NCBI GenBank assembly: GCA_013122435.1
Contig: WYDT01000025.1
Span: 6,535-70,534 of the forward strand
Direction: 5' to 3'
DNA: 64,000 nucleotides
From: Chloroflexi bacterium AL-N1
Lineage (GTDB): Bacteria; Chloroflexota; Chloroflexia; Chloroflexales; Roseiflexaceae
The notes beneath the pieces are model-generated. The model saw only the letters and a list, made by a program, of their open reading frames with translations. It had not been told where the DNA came from and did not search any database. The position numbers were made by a program, and so were the translations under genes. Positions 18,053 through 27,780 of the stretch are shown piece after piece (the stretch's first letter is position 1; each line of letters opens with the position of its first letter).

Positions 18053-18967
18053 TTATGAGAATGGCACAACCTTGATGGTCGTGCCTAGATGATGCTCATG
18101 CGCTGCTGTAACAGTGATGGCGTCATCATAAGCATTACTTGTTTCGACACACACCATCTCTGTGTACTCCTGCTCGCCAAAGTCACGCATGCGCTGCGCT
18201 TTTGCACTTCAGGGGTTCCACACAACCGTCGATTGGCTCCCCGTCTTAACGATATGAATATGTCGTTGTAACTCTGAGTCATCAATACGACACGTGGCAT
18301 CGGTTGCAAGATAGACCTTATCTATTTCGTGAGAGATAGCAATAGGACCATCCTGTACTTTCCGTTGTCCCGAGTCAAGCTGATCGATATAAGTGGTTGC
18401 TTCCAGACCATGGATGGTGATGTGCGAAATATGGCTAACAGTAAAATAACTATGCAATGCGCCGCTGTAGGAAAAAGTCGTGGTCCCTGTGTTCCGTACG
18501 CATAGCTCAATCTCGAGTGATGCTCCAACCGTGATGGTAATCTCAAGTTCAAAGACATGGGGCCAGAGTGTTTGTGTTTCGTTGGTATCACGTAATCCCA
18601 GTCGTATACGGGTTGCTTCGTTCGCGACAACAACGGTTTCCAGAACTGACCAGATCGATGTGCGTGCAAATCCGTGAGATGGTTTGTATGTATCTGTTGG
18701 ATGTGGCCCGAACCATGGCCAACACACCGGCACACCACCACGCATAGGCTTGCCGACTTCGTAAAAACTCTGTGCGCTTGACCACAGTACTGGTGCTTGG
18801 TCATGTGGTTGGTATGACAAGACGTGGCCACCATAAAGCGCAACAGTTGCGTGGGCATGTGTATTTCGAATAGCGGCTACTGGTAGTCCACCAGGGCCAT
18901 CGACAAAAGAGAGTTGGTGCTCAACACCAAACTGCCTGTTCAGTTCTTCTAGCTGTGGAAAAAGCAT
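18053..18967 (-). pseudogene. D-hexose-6-phosphate mutarotase / aldose-1-epimerase family (YeaD-like) gene interrupted by an in-frame TGA at the conserved Trp of the WNPW motif
   Basis: The track ORF 18209..18967 (252 aa) ends ...STVVWNP-TGA. The same frame stays open 52 more codons to a TAA at 18053, encoding ...SAKAQRMRDFGEQEYTEMVCVETSNAYDD..., which matches the YeaD C-terminus (WNPW...YKTMVCVEAANA). The TGA occupies the conserved W codon. Confidence 0.6.
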
Positions 18968-19054
18968 GTGCTACCTTATCACTTGGCTGACTTGCACACT
19001 CAATTCTACCATATTGCAAAGAGGGACCAACAATACACTCTGTTTATCATATTA

Positions 19055-20947
19055 CTATGACAAGCTTGATTGGCTATCAGACGCAGATGGCTGTAGAAGT
19101 GGCTGTGAGGGGGGATGAAAATCGTCCTGATCAACGGCCAACAACGATTGAGAGTCAAAAGAACAGGAAAGGCTATTTGGCAATCGGACGGTAAATGTTG
19201 ATCCTTCTCCCATGGTACTAACAACCGTAATGTCACCATCCAGCATCTGACAAAGATGACGACTGAGCGAAAGTCCGAGACCTGTTCCACCATACCTGCG
19301 GGTAGTTGATGAATCGGCCTGTGTGAATGCCTCGAAAAGATAGGAGATTTTGGCGGGATCGATGCCGATACCAGTGTCAGTAATGTTGAACATGATCCAC
19401 GCTGTGCCATTCATCTCTTCACGTTGCACCTCAAGCGTTACTGTACCACGCTCAGTAAATTTGGCTGCATTACTCAATAAATTGAACAGAATCTGGCGAA
19501 TCTTGGTGGGGTCACTTGACATCGTACCAATATCTAATGAGCAGTTGACGATAAATGTATTTGCATACGATTCGACAATTGGGCGAGTTGTCGTGATGAT
19601 TTCGTCCACAAGCATACTAATATCAAACTCATCGATAAAAAGTGCCATTTGCCCAGCCTCAATCTTGGAAAGGTCGAGCAAGTTGTTAACCAGTGCCAGA
19701 AGATGGTGTCCGGCAGACCAGATAGCAGAGAGATCTTCGGTGAGTTGTACGGTTTCAAGATCATCGGCCTGTCGTTGCAGCAGTTCACAATAACCAATGA
19801 TAGTTGTCAACGGGGTACGCAATTCGTGGCTCATCGTACCGATAAAAGAATTTTTGGCAATGTTGGCCGCTTCAGCCATCTCCTTGGCTTGGTAGAGGAT
19901 TTGTTCATTCTGCTTTCGTTCGGTGATATCACGTACAACAATGAGATATCCTGTGTGCACCCCTCGTTTATCCTGAAGCTGGGTAATGCGCGTGTCGAAT
20001 ATAAGCGGTTGCGAACCATGGTCTATCTGCAATTCCACGCGTGCATCTTGTGTGCCCCACAGGTAGTCGAATCTGTCATGATAGCGTGCAAACAACAGCT
20101 CTGCTGGTTTCCCAATCATACTTCGGTTGGGCTGTCTCAGGATAGTGATGGCTGCTGGATTGATGTCAACCACGCGCTTCTGTGGATCGAGAACGATGAC
20201 ACCATCACGAATATTTTCAATAACCACCTCACGTGCAATTGGTATGATGTCAAATAATTGATAGCGAAACAAGCCCCACCCCAGAATAATGGCGGTTAAC
20301 GTGAATGCAAAGGGTGTCATATCAATTGAGTCAATAGGACTTAGACCAACAAGATAGATCATATTCCCAAGCCAGGGAATGCACCCACCTATAAGCAGTG
20401 TACCCGCTTGTTTGCGTTGTTGGGGTGTTGATCGCATAAACGTTTGAGCAATAGTAACTGTGCCATACAGAAATAGGATGTATGAATACGCCGTGTGAAC
20501 CCAGAACAAAGGCCCCATCTGAGCATCTAGTATGGTTAACTCACCACTGTTTACCAGGCTGATATTACTGCGAAATAATCCGTGAAAGCTATTTGTCCAG
20601 ACACATAACAAAGTCACAATGGGCATAATTGATAGCAGAATAATAGTTCGCCGCGTCAATTGCTGCCGATCATCTGCGTATTGCATTGCCAGAGTCACCC
20701 ACGCTACCGGAACAACCACAATTCCTATATAAATGACATCTGTCCAAAAAAGCTTTGTGGTGAGATCGCCACTTACCAAACTCAAAGCATATCCCAACGT
20801 CCATACAGTTATGGCGAGGGTTAAGATCGCAAATGGGCGCGACCCCAGTGCTGATCGATAGCGACTTGCGATCAGTGTAAGACCGAGTGATATAAGTGCT
20901 GCACCCATAAGTGGAATAATAACCAGAAAGTACTGCCAGTACATCAT
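19055..20947 (-). CDS. Sensor histidine kinase with an N-terminal multi-pass (7TM-type) membrane sensor, PAS domain, HisKA and HATPase_c
   Basis: About six N-terminal hydrophobic helices. PAS-like REVVIENIRDGVIVLD. H-box SHELRTPLTTIIGYCELL. N/G-boxes LLSNAAKFT, DTGIGI, GGTGLGLSL. Confidence 0.8.
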   Translation of the reverse strand: MMYWQYFLVIIPLMGAALISLGLTLIASRYRSALGSRPFAILTLAITVWTLGYALSLVSGDLTTKLFWTDVIYIGIVVVPVAWVTLAMQYADDRQQLTRRTIILLSIMPIVTLLCVWTNSFHGLFRSNISLVNSGELTILDAQMGPLFWVHTAYSYILFLYGTVTIAQTFMRSTPQQRKQAGTLLIGGCIPWLGNMIYLVGLSPIDSIDMTPFAFTLTAIILGWGLFRYQLFDIIPIAREVVIENIRDGVIVLDPQKRVVDINPAAITILRQPNRSMIGKPAELLFARYHDRFDYLWGTQDARVELQIDHGSQPLIFDTRITQLQDKRGVHTGYLIVVRDITERKQNEQILYQAKEMAEAANIAKNSFIGTMSHELRTPLTTIIGYCELLQRQADDLETVQLTEDLSAIWSAGHHLLALVNNLLDLSKIEAGQMALFIDEFDISMLVDEIITTTRPIVESYANTFIVNCSLDIGTMSSDPTKIRQILFNLLSNAAKFTERGTVTLEVQREEMNGTAWIMFNITDTGIGIDPAKISYLFEAFTQADSSTTRRYGGTGLGLSLSRHLCQMLDGDITVVSTMGEGSTFTVRLPNSLSCSFDSQSLLAVDQDDFHPPSQPLLQPSASDSQSSLS

Positions 20948-21142
20948 GTACCCTTCACGCGACTATACAAGTTTTACAGTCATAATAATACTGCGACCTG
21001 ACCTTATTATTCATTATGGTATGTGAGCAGATCCTTCATGATGCTGTACAATATGTGCAATATAAAAACGATACTGCAACGTTTTTTTGCATAACACGTA
21101 TATTGTGACAACGACGTACACTATAGTTATGGGGCTGGAACA

Positions 21143-21853
21143 ATGAGAAACACACGCGTTATGCAAACGTTGGCAGAGTTTGTCAAAATCTGGCTATTGT
21201 GTATCTGTGCGTCCGTTTTGTATGGCATTCTGCATGATCAGGTAACCGTGCGAGTCAGCCTGGAGTATTTTACAGTTGGCCATCCCCCGGTGTTTGATAC
21301 AACATCACTAACGCTCCTTGCTTTTGGATGGGGTGTGATAGCAACCTGGTGGGTTGGTGCATTGCTTGGTTTCCCCACGTCTATGGTTGCGCTGGCAGGA
21401 CGACGTGAAAAGTTGGTGGCACACGATCTTGTGCGACCGATTGGGGTACTGTTTGCGGTTGCAGCAGGGGCAGCGATGCTCTTTGGTATGATTGGTTTTG
21501 TCCTCGCCGTAGCAGGATGGGTAAATTTACCTCAAAAAGATATCATTTTGTTACCATCTGGAGGCGATTTGGGCTATATTGCTGCTAGTTGGGCACACCA
21601 TACATCATATGCTACTGGCGTGGTTGGTGGGGTTGTGCTTTGGATATGGCTCTGGCACAGACGTAAGCACATGTCGCAAACTCCAGCCTCTATCCCCTCC
21701 CAGATTCGTTTTGTAAGAGGCGTTGTTATCAGTGGTGTTCTATGTGCAATTGTATGGGGATTTGGGCTTTATCTGGGATATATAACCTATCAAGGTTTTA
21801 CGGATACCTACTTTCCAGTTAATGGCTTTCTAATGGATCCAAGATTGTCATAG
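21143..21853 (+). CDS. Hypothetical integral membrane protein
   Basis: 236 aa with 5-6 predicted TM helices. No recognisable motif. Confidence 0.5.
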   Translation: MRNTRVMQTLAEFVKIWLLCICASVLYGILHDQVTVRVSLEYFTVGHPPVFDTTSLTLLAFGWGVIATWWVGALLGFPTSMVALAGRREKLVAHDLVRPIGVLFAVAAGAAMLFGMIGFVLAVAGWVNLPQKDIILLPSGGDLGYIAASWAHHTSYATGVVGGVVLWIWLWHRRKHMSQTPASIPSQIRFVRGVVISGVLCAIVWGFGLYLGYITYQGFTDTYFPVNGFLMDPRLS

Positions 21854-21868
21854 ATCGGGATTTTCATC

Positions 21869-22804
21869 ATGCAACGACATTCTCTATTGCTCACAAGCCC
21901 ACACCAATTAACATGGTTCGCGGAAGAACTGCCTCCTCCTGGCCCCAATGACATACTCGTACGCACACGCATGGGAGCAATCAGTGTTGGTACCGAATTG
22001 CCACAATATCGCGGCGATGCGCGTGTGAGTGAGCCCCCAAGGTACCCAGTTATGACCGGGTACGAAAACGTTGCAGAAGTTATTGACTGTGGTACAGAGG
22101 TTCAGCATATTGTAACGGGAGATCGTATCGTGGCGTTTTACGGGCATCGCACAGCGGCGATGTTGCCTCATTCGCGCGTTATTCGCGTTCCCGACAATAT
22201 CGATGATGCGTTGGCTCTTCTGGTTATTCTGGCGTGTGATACAGCGAAAGGGGTGTCCAAACTCAACCCTGCCAGCGATGATACCGTACTGGTTACTGGG
22301 GCAGGAACCATCGGACTGTTGACGGTGTTCAATCTACGGGCGCAGAGGATAGACAAGATTGATGTAGTAGACCCCCTACCACAACGCCGAGAACTGGCAC
22401 TCCAGTTTGGTGCGCGCCACGCAGGAGCCCTCGCAGATATGCACCTGCTTTCTTCTGCATACACAAAAGGGTTTGAGTGTTCGAGTCGTAATGAGGCGTT
22501 TGCCTTGTTACAAAACAAACTCAAACCCGGAGGAAGCATATGTATCCTTGCAGATGGTAATGTGGAACCGTTGACATTACAACCAGCGTTTCATCACAAG
22601 GAATTGACCGTAGTCGGCTCAAGCGATGGTCTAAACTATCAAGACTATGCACATTGGTTTTGGGAACATGCTCGCCCTGCCACCAGTACACTACTCGACT
22701 TGTTTGATCTGCACACATCTGTGGATCATATACCCAATACGTTTGCGCGTATGGTAAATAGGGAGATTTATCCTACTAAAGTATTGATACATTATAAATT
22801 TTAG
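21869..22804 (+). CDS. Medium-chain dehydrogenase/reductase family oxidoreductase, BchC-like (resembles 2-desacetyl-2-hydroxyethyl bacteriochlorophyllide a dehydrogenase)
   Basis: ISVGTELPQYRG...YPVMTGYENVAEV mirrors the BchC signature SGISTGTERLL...YPLVPGYEAVG. Rossmann VLVTGAGTIGLL. 311 aa. Confidence 0.5.
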   Translation: MQRHSLLLTSPHQLTWFAEELPPPGPNDILVRTRMGAISVGTELPQYRGDARVSEPPRYPVMTGYENVAEVIDCGTEVQHIVTGDRIVAFYGHRTAAMLPHSRVIRVPDNIDDALALLVILACDTAKGVSKLNPASDDTVLVTGAGTIGLLTVFNLRAQRIDKIDVVDPLPQRRELALQFGARHAGALADMHLLSSAYTKGFECSSRNEAFALLQNKLKPGGSICILADGNVEPLTLQPAFHHKELTVVGSSDGLNYQDYAHWFWEHARPATSTLLDLFDLHTSVDHIPNTFARMVNREIYPTKVLIHYKF

Positions 22805-22907
22805 ATGTTTCCTGATTTTCTGAACGGCAATCTCCAAAATACGTTATAATACAAAAGGTTACAAACTAGTACTAAAAATAATAGTTATGATCCCTGACTG
22901 ATCATCA

Positions 22908-23791
22908 GTGTTTGGCTATCTCCAGGCCGGTTTTTACTCTGGAGTGTGGTGCGGGTGTTGTATGAATCGATTTGCGACCTGGATACATTCAAATTCCCTC
23001 CAAGACCCTATCGAGCAAGAACAAGCTGTCGCCTGTCAGATGACAGGGATTATCTTAAGTATTGGAGCAATTGCATGGCTCCCGATTTCCCTCTCGGCAT
23101 TCAGTGATCCTACTGCACAACTACTCGCGCTTGGTTCTTCTATCTCTGTATGGTTATTCTCGATCCTCGCAACTATTGCACTACAGCGTGGCCATTTTAA
23201 GTCTGCGGTGGTCCTCATCCTCACTACGATAGGCATTTTCTCAGCCGTTACACTGGTGCTTAGTGCAACTGGACTGCGTTTTAGTGGTGACCTTATCTTT
23301 GTGTATGCTCTGCCACTTGTACTGGTGGGGCTTACCTGGGGTCGACGTGGATTGGTCATCTTTGGTGGTCTCTGCTATGGGGTACTCATCACACTCACGA
23401 TCACTGATAGCCATACGCAACTCTTTGGAAACGACAGTTACCGAACGTACCACCAAGCTAGCAGAAGCACTCCATACCTTTGAACAACGCGAAGCACGGC
23501 TTACTCAAGTACTCCACAAACTACACTCAAGTCAGAATATTATTCGCGATTTTCGATATTACTGGTGTGCCAGTGGTTGATACACAGGTTGCCCAAACCT
23601 TATTGGAGATTACCAAAGCGATCCGCTTACTGGGCGCGCAAGCCATCCTGGTTGGTATTCGGCCCGAAGTGGCTCAGACCTTAGTAGGGTTACATGTTAG
23701 CCTTGACTCGATGACCACTTATGCCGATCTTCAGGAAGCCATTGTGACTTTGTTGCGACGTGCGGGTTGGCAGACAGTAAACCGCGTATAA
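22908..23791 (+). pseudogene. Decayed membrane-sensor/STAS-domain (RsbR-like) gene split across three frames
   Basis: Frame 1 is a multi-TM domain (22908-23483). Frame 2 is a coiled-coil linker ...TERTTKLAEALHTFEQREARLTQVLHKL. Frame 3 is a STAS domain ILFAIFDITGVPVVDTQVAQTLLEITKAIRLLGAQAILVGIRPEVAQTL. The intact paralog at 55314-56567 shows the same domain order in one frame. About 40 aa between linker and STAS are missing. Confidence 0.4.
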
Positions 23792-23830
23792 TATCGACAT
23801 AGCAATCCACTCCCGAAAGTTGAGGTTTTT

Positions 23831-24928
23831 ATGCCAAGTCGTTATGCACTGCTCATTGGTAGCCTGCCATTTACCGACGAAGAAGACGCGATGACTCATG
23901 CCATCGATAGGTTGGGAACACATCTCTTGTGCCTTCCCGACAGTGAAATCGGCGAGAAGACCGATGCTTATCCCAATGGGAAACGATCTGCCTGGGTTAT
24001 GACTGCCATCAATATCTGTTCCGAGGATACCGAGAGTTGGGAAGTCGTGAGAGAGGGTGTTCGCGATGAAAGCGGCTTTCCCGTTGATTATGCCCATGTT
24101 CAGAAACTACGTCCAAAACGACCTACCTCTGAAATGCATAAGCATCTGGATTTTGGGTATCACACCTATTTCAACGCCAGTTACCCTATTTTCAAACGGT
24201 TACGCGAAGAAAGCGGCTTAACCAACCTTAAATTTCAGGTGGGTATTCCAACTGGTCTGGGGATCACTTTTTCAATGATGGCCCCTATGGATGCGTTGTG
24301 CTACGCTGAGGCATTCAGTAAGCGTCTGGCATTTGAAGTCAATGAAATTATCAAAGTTGCCGGTGATGATGTTGTCATTCAGATTGAAATTCCAGGTGAG
24401 TTAGCCTTCGCCTACAAGTTACCAAAGTTGTTGGTACAGGTTGCAACACACAGTATTTATAGCCTCGTAAAAAAGTTACATCCGTCGGCAGATATCGGTA
24501 TTCATATCTGTTTTGGCGATCTCAACAATGAGGCGCTGGTGCAAGCCGAAACCCTGGAAAAAATGGTGCATTTCTCAAACTCGCTGGTAGCACACTGGCC
24601 CGACAGCCACCGTTTGGCATATATCCATTATCCGCTTGCTGAAGCAGCCCAGCCACCTTCACTTAATCCAGCATTTTATACTCCGCTGGCACATATCGAT
24701 CTTCCCGCACATGTACGTTTTGTGGCTGGTTTTGTCCACGAGAAATGTTCCGTGGAAGAGCATCAACAACTTTTGCGTATCATCGAGGGGTTTCGCGGGC
24801 ATTCTGTTGATGTCGCATGTTCGTGTGGGCTAGGTCGTCGCCCTACCGATGTGGCCCAATCACTTATGATGATGACCCGCTATGTGTTAGAAGGTTCGAA
24901 AGAGACACAACGCGAAGTAAGTGTATAA
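23831..24928 (+). CDS. Cobalamin-independent methionine synthase C-terminal-domain family protein (MetE-like/YxjG-like methyltransferase)
   Basis: Zn-ligand pattern of the family: VIQIEIPGE (IQIDEP-like), HICFGD (H-x-C), ...CSCGLGRR (C-G-L). 365 aa, the size of single-domain MetE-like proteins. Confidence 0.5.
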   Translation: MPSRYALLIGSLPFTDEEDAMTHAIDRLGTHLLCLPDSEIGEKTDAYPNGKRSAWVMTAINICSEDTESWEVVREGVRDESGFPVDYAHVQKLRPKRPTSEMHKHLDFGYHTYFNASYPIFKRLREESGLTNLKFQVGIPTGLGITFSMMAPMDALCYAEAFSKRLAFEVNEIIKVAGDDVVIQIEIPGELAFAYKLPKLLVQVATHSIYSLVKKLHPSADIGIHICFGDLNNEALVQAETLEKMVHFSNSLVAHWPDSHRLAYIHYPLAEAAQPPSLNPAFYTPLAHIDLPAHVRFVAGFVHEKCSVEEHQQLLRIIEGFRGHSVDVACSCGLGRRPTDVAQSLMMMTRYVLEGSKETQREVSV

Positions 24929-24955
24929 CAGATGCTAGCATAAAGGACCTATAAC

Positions 24956-25567
24956 GTGAATACCCCCATACAATCGATCCTGCAGTTGTTGCAGTTATCC
25001 GAACGTCTCAAATTCGAGTTACGACATAGCTGGTTATCGAGCGGGCGTCAGGAAAGTGTCGCAGAACACACCTGGCAGATGGCCCTGATGGCCATTCTCG
25101 CAGCGCGCCAACTGGAACATCCCGTTAATCTCGAACGGGTGCTCAAAATGATACTCATTCACGATCTGGTAGAGGCAGACGCAGGTGATGTGCCCTTCTT
25201 CGAAGTGAGCGAACGACGAGCCACCAAAACCCAGCGAGAACAGGCTGCAATTGACCATATTCGTGATCTGCTTGACGATGAGACAGGTCAAGAGATCTAT
25301 GATCTGTGGTATGAGTTTGAGGAACGGCAAACCAATGAAGCAAAGTTTGCCACGGCTTTAGACCATCTGGAAGTACAGATCCAACATAATCATGCCAATA
25401 TCTCGACGTGGGAAACGCTAGAATATGGCTTGGTTTATACCAAGATGGATGTCCCCTGTGAACATGATGCCTTTCTCCAGAAGTTATGTGTAGCCGTCAA
25501 GCAACAATCGGAAGAGAAACTACGACGCGCAGGTGTTGATATCGAGTCCGTCAAAGCCAATTTGTAA
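24956..25567 (+). CDS. HD-domain phosphohydrolase (YfbR-like 5'-deoxynucleotidase family)
   Basis: ESVAEHTWQMALMA...ILIHDLVEADAGDVP carries the H...HD...D metal-binding pattern of HD_3 proteins. Confidence 0.7.
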   Translation: MNTPIQSILQLLQLSERLKFELRHSWLSSGRQESVAEHTWQMALMAILAARQLEHPVNLERVLKMILIHDLVEADAGDVPFFEVSERRATKTQREQAAIDHIRDLLDDETGQEIYDLWYEFEERQTNEAKFATALDHLEVQIQHNHANISTWETLEYGLVYTKMDVPCEHDAFLQKLCVAVKQQSEEKLRRAGVDIESVKANL

Positions 25568-25621
25568 TGTGCAATGACGTTGTGCGCTTGCAAAAAGCTG
25601 TTTGGATATCAGGAGCATCCT

Positions 25622-26041
25622 ATGTTTGATGTAAGTACAGAGTTTGGTGCACGAGTTGTACATCGACTACAAAATGACTATATCATCTGGCTGACAACTG
25701 TTCGTGCTGATGGAACACCTCAACCAAGCCCTATCTGGTTTTTGTGGGCAGATGAGACCATTATATTCTACAGCAAACCCGATACACCCAAAATACGCAA
25801 CATCACCCCAAACCCGAGGGTAGCACTCAACTTTGATGGCGATGGTCAGGGCGGCAACATCGTGGTCTTTACGGGAGAAGCAGCCATTGATCAGCAGATA
25901 CCACCAGCCAATCAGTTTTCTGTGTACCTTACCAAATATGGAGAAGGAATGACCACACGTCTTGGAATGAGTCCGGCACAACTCGCACAGATATACGCAA
26001 TACCAGTGCGCGTTACGTTATTGCGTATTCGTGGGCATTAA
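25622..26041 (+). CDS. Pyridoxamine 5'-phosphate oxidase-like split-barrel protein (PPOX-class, possibly F420/FMN-dependent)
   Basis: About 140 aa. IIWLTTVRADGTPQPSPIWFLWADETIIFYS..PKIRNITPNPRVAL is typical of PPOX-class flavin/F420-binding proteins. AGGAG SD before the ATG at 25622. Confidence 0.5.
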   Translation: MFDVSTEFGARVVHRLQNDYIIWLTTVRADGTPQPSPIWFLWADETIIFYSKPDTPKIRNITPNPRVALNFDGDGQGGNIVVFTGEAAIDQQIPPANQFSVYLTKYGEGMTTRLGMSPAQLAQIYAIPVRVTLLRIRGH

Positions 26042-26048
26042 AGTCAAC

Positions 26049-26744
26049 CTATGCGAAGTCAAACTGCGGTTGTGTGGCAGTCAGCATCGACTGCTGCACA
26101 TCGGTCTTCCACACAGCAGCAATAGTCTTGACTAAATCCGCTAACATTGCACGCACATCATCGTTTGCTGTAGCATGTAACCCTTCACACACGATAAGTA
26201 CCTGGGCCGTGGTATGACTCACCGTTGATTGACGACTCTGTCGAAAAGTCCAGCGACGTGCATGGACCTGCTGTTGTGCATCAACAAAAATGACCTCCTG
26301 CGGATCAGGATGTTCAGTTTCGCCACTAAAAGCCAGATAACTTTCCGTACCTGTGGCGTGACAGACTTCAATGAATGACGCAACTCTGGCAATGTCAAAC
26401 ACCGCAATGGGTAACGCATAGGTGAGTGATACCGCATTACACAGATCAACAAGTGGATGTAAACGGGGCAAATCATCTTCCTTGCGAAATCGCCGTAGCA
26501 GGGCCTCGGCAGCCGAACGATACTGCGTAGGCTTTAAGCCCATCTTTGCGAATGCTCGCCGCCATGCGGCAATCTCAGGCATATCGGCTTCTGTGCCTGT
26601 TTGTATGCGCGTGCGTGCACGTTGGAAGAACGGATCGAGATACTGCTCAACGTTGGCCTGAGCAGCAACATGTGGCACGAACAGGGTACCAGCAACCAGT
26701 TCGGGAAACTGTTGCCATAGCTGTGGTGTGTGTCGAAAATACAT
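26049..26744 (-). CDS. B3/4 domain-containing protein (solo PheT-like tRNA-binding fold)
   Basis: 231 aa. Pattern AWRRAFAKMGLKPTQYRSAAEALLRR...LHPLVDLCNAVSL resembles stand-alone B3_4 domain proteins. Family call is from memory. Confidence 0.4.
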   Translation of the reverse strand: MYFRHTPQLWQQFPELVAGTLFVPHVAAQANVEQYLDPFFQRARTRIQTGTEADMPEIAAWRRAFAKMGLKPTQYRSAAEALLRRFRKEDDLPRLHPLVDLCNAVSLTYALPIAVFDIARVASFIEVCHATGTESYLAFSGETEHPDPQEVIFVDAQQQVHARRWTFRQSRQSTVSHTTAQVLIVCEGLHATANDDVRAMLADLVKTIAAVWKTDVQQSMLTATQPQFDFA

Positions 26745-26755
26745 AATGTTGTGTG

Positions 26756-27691
26756 TTACCTGTTATGAAGATTGGTCTCTGACATCGAAACTGTTGGCGT
26801 ATATCCAAAGTTATCAGGAGGGGTTGAAATTGAACTAGTGGGCTGTTGACAACGCTGTGCTATCCACGTAATAGCCTCAGCCCAGACCGACTCACGTTCG
26901 ACATCCAACGGGAGCATGTGGCCGCTGCGCTCAAACCAGACAGTCCGTTGCTCCTCCGAGTTTATGTGGGTTGCAATTTCCCGTATGCTTGAAGGCTGGA
27001 CGGTTGGGTCGTGATGGCCATGCATGAACAAAATGGGGTTGGTAATCCGAGAGAGACGCCCTTTGACGGTATCACGAAGGCGTATAAGTTCATACAGTGA
27101 ATCAACCGGGATACGTACCGTCTGCCGGATATATTCCACAACCTTGGAATCATCCAGATTTGCCTCTGGCGTGCGTTCATAGATACTTGCGCGAACTTTC
27201 GGGTCGGTAAAGTCGGCTTTGGCAAAGGGGTAATACCAGGGCATCACAAATTTCAGTAACCCAGTCAGGCGTAGTTGTGTTTCTCCATACAGATGGAGTG
27301 CAGGCGCCATTGCAATGATTCCGGCAACCGGGTGGTGCATTGCCAGATGAAGAGCGAGCAAGCCCCCCATGGAGAAACCACACACAAAGACGGTATCACA
27401 TTGTTCTGTCAGTTGTTGGAGGCCGATCACCACCGACTCAGCCCATTTCTCCCAGCGCACGCCTTTAAGCTCTTCTGGCATACCACCATGCCCTGCAAGC
27501 AAAGGTATATGAACCGTATAGCCAGCATCTACAAGTGCCTGCCCCATCGGTTGAAGTTCAGTCGGTGAGCCACTATACCCATGCAACATCAGAACACCCG
27601 TCGAACTGCGCCACTCAAAAAACGGAGCATCCGCTGGGTGTTTTGATATGGTAGTAGTTTCTGATAATGAGTCAGTATTTGGTGATGCCAT
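26756..27691 (-). CDS. Alpha/beta-hydrolase fold esterase/lipase
   Basis: LMLHGYSGSP oxyanion region. Nucleophile elbow GFSMGG. Catalytic His near the C-terminus (SGHMLP). Confidence 0.7.
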   Translation of the reverse strand: MASPNTDSLSETTTISKHPADAPFFEWRSSTGVLMLHGYSGSPTELQPMGQALVDAGYTVHIPLLAGHGGMPEELKGVRWEKWAESVVIGLQQLTEQCDTVFVCGFSMGGLLALHLAMHHPVAGIIAMAPALHLYGETQLRLTGLLKFVMPWYYPFAKADFTDPKVRASIYERTPEANLDDSKVVEYIRQTVRIPVDSLYELIRLRDTVKGRLSRITNPILFMHGHHDPTVQPSSIREIATHINSEEQRTVWFERSGHMLPLDVERESVWAEAITWIAQRCQQPTSSISTPPDNFGYTPTVSMSETNLHNR

Positions 27692-27780
27692 TGGGTTTCT
27701 TTTCTACTTTACAGTTTTACGGTAGGATTTGCAACCTATACGGAAGGTTGCAGCAATAGGATGGCATCACCATGCGCGAT

